In this document: positions 32,785 through 33,642 of the stretch, piece by piece
How the letters are laid out: every line of letters begins with the position of its first letter
Position numbering within the stretch: the stretch's first letter is position 1
IMG/VR virus record: IMGVR_UViG_3300032303_002768
Coordinates: 1 to 33,642 of that record
Strand: one strand, 5' to 3'
DNA length: 33,642 bases
Source of the DNA: a virus
Lineage: Duplodnaviria; Caudoviricetes
The notes under the pieces: model-generated
Told to the model about the DNA's origin: nothing
The model's input: only the letters and a program-made list of their open reading frames with translations
The model's database searches: none
Position numbers and translations under genes: made by a program

Positions 32785-33111
32785 TTATACCCTTTCGTTA
32801 GAGTTATTCATTATATCAGTAGCCACTGACAAGATATGCCTGGTAGCATGTATTTGACCATTTAAATATATCTCCTGGTCTTTGCTCCCATCTCCCCATA
32901 TAACAGATTTATTACTAAGTAATTTTTCTAAATCTTGTTCTAAACTATTTAAATAAGCTTTAAGATATTCCATAAATTTAGATGATCGTGTTTCTAATTC
33001 AACATAACCCTCTTCATTACAATTGTGACACATTGCAGATTCATCTTCTGTATAATGTATTCCAACACCACATCCTGCACACCAAGATTCATCATACATC
33101 CCCATTGTCAA
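32785..33111 (-). CDS. Hypothetical protein with N-terminal CAGC..CHNC Zn ribbon
   Basis: Track ORF; start at 33111 or 33105. Confidence 0.65.
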   Translation of the reverse strand: MTMGMYDESWCAGCGVGIHYTEDESAMCHNCNEEGYVELETRSSKFMEYLKAYLNSLEQDLEKLLSNKSVIWGDGSKDQEIYLNGQIHATRHILSVATDIMNNSNERV

Positions 33112-33253
33112 AATACCCTTCTGCTAATAGGCCTTCGAAAAAATCCCATATGGTTAATAGACCTTGCTTAACGATAGGGTCTGTGGCGGAATCAATAGCA
33201 ACAGTTAAACTATTACCAAAGTTCTGTATATCCTTATATGTATAGCCAAGCAT
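33092..33253 (-). CDS. 53-aa hypothetical protein (absent from ORF track)
   Basis: MLGYTYKDIQNF...DFFEGLLAEGYF; TAATG coupling, GAGG SD. Confidence 0.65.
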   Translation of the reverse strand: MLGYTYKDIQNFGNSLTVAIDSATDPIVKQGLLTIWDFFEGLLAEGYFDNGDV

Positions 33254-33405
33254 TATGCTACCTCGTATTCATGTAGGTAATTTAATACAGTGTGAACAAT
33301 GCAATCACAATCTTCTCCACCCATATTATCCATAAAATCTAGATGGCTGTAATTGTCTTCATAAATAGTATTGATTACTTTATCAAACATTTCTATTGTT
33401 GTCAT
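33253..33405 (-). CDS. 50-aa hypothetical protein (absent from ORF track)
   Basis: MTTIEMFDKVINTIYEDNYSH...DCDCIVH; ATGA overlap. Confidence 0.65.
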   Translation of the reverse strand: MTTIEMFDKVINTIYEDNYSHLDFMDNMGGEDCDCIVHTVLNYLHEYEVA

Positions 33406-33641
33406 ATTTCCGCCTTTTCTTTAGATTTCAATAATACACTGTGGGTCTGACATTTAGCCATAGCCTCTTCATCTTGCCAAGAGCCTTGATTACAGTTTGA
33501 GCAGAATTCACCGCAGTCATCTTCACAATAACTTAATGTATCAAAAGACTGGCAAGCATAACAACGGTTTTCCCATTCAGCCAATTCTTTTACTTCACCA
33601 CGGACAATCTCATATTCCCCACCCCAACCTGTCTCTTCCTC
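33402..33641 (-). CDS. C-terminal part of a protein truncated by the window edge (possible YubB/DUF1281-like domain end plus Cys-rich tail)
   Basis: Frame open to the edge: EEETGWGGEYEIVRGE...CYAC...C..C..C..C. Confidence 0.5.
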   Translation of the reverse strand, partial: EEETGWGGEYEIVRGEVKELAEWENRCYACQSFDTLSYCEDDCGEFCSNCNQGSWQDEEAMAKCQTHSVLLKSKEKAEI

Positions 33642-33642
33642 A

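Noticed and set aside
752-33245. Other antisense or overlapping track ORFs (e.g. 752..934, 1506..1700, 1787..1993, 3594..3818, 9843..10166, 10126..10368, 16866..17162, 17812..18162, 24666..25121, 32010..32345, 32982..33245)
   Set aside because: They overlap well-supported genes on the opposite strand and show no recognisable motifs
1-33642. Stop-codon reassignment
   Set aside because: Conserved genes are full length in code 11, TAA/TAG/TGA all end genes at sensible points, and no suppressor tRNA was found

Overview
This AT-rich window (standard genetic code) comes from a large tailed dsDNA phage, most likely infecting Actinobacteria. The host call rests on a WhiB-family regulator, a short-variable-arm tRNA-Leu(UAA), leaderless promoters and CCA-less tRNAs; a low-GC freshwater host is inferred. 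From left to right it carries: small accessory genes and terminase small/large subunits; 8 tRNAs, including a rare tRNA-Ile(UAU); a carbamoyltransferase module with three SGNH-like paralogs and a hidden 30-aa basic peptide ending in DFIY; a structured ~126-nt RNA between two tRNAs; modular putative head-associated proteins sharing an IWxGxFxP motif; three tandem radical SAM/twitch-SPASM paralogs bracketed by two glycosyltransferase-like paralogs; a stress/proteostasis set (Hsp20 with a ROSE-like leader, Dps, GroES, thioredoxin, HslV-like protease, WhiB); a secreted surface-type protein, CHAP endolysin and thermonuclease; a reverse-strand membrane operon; and a run of micro-ORFs. A ~700-bp non-coding region at the strand switch holds a CRP-type box, DnaA-box-like repeats, a long hairpin and a bipartite 31-bp repeat array with 35-36-bp unique spacers. 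All family assignments come from motif recognition by eye; no searches were run.
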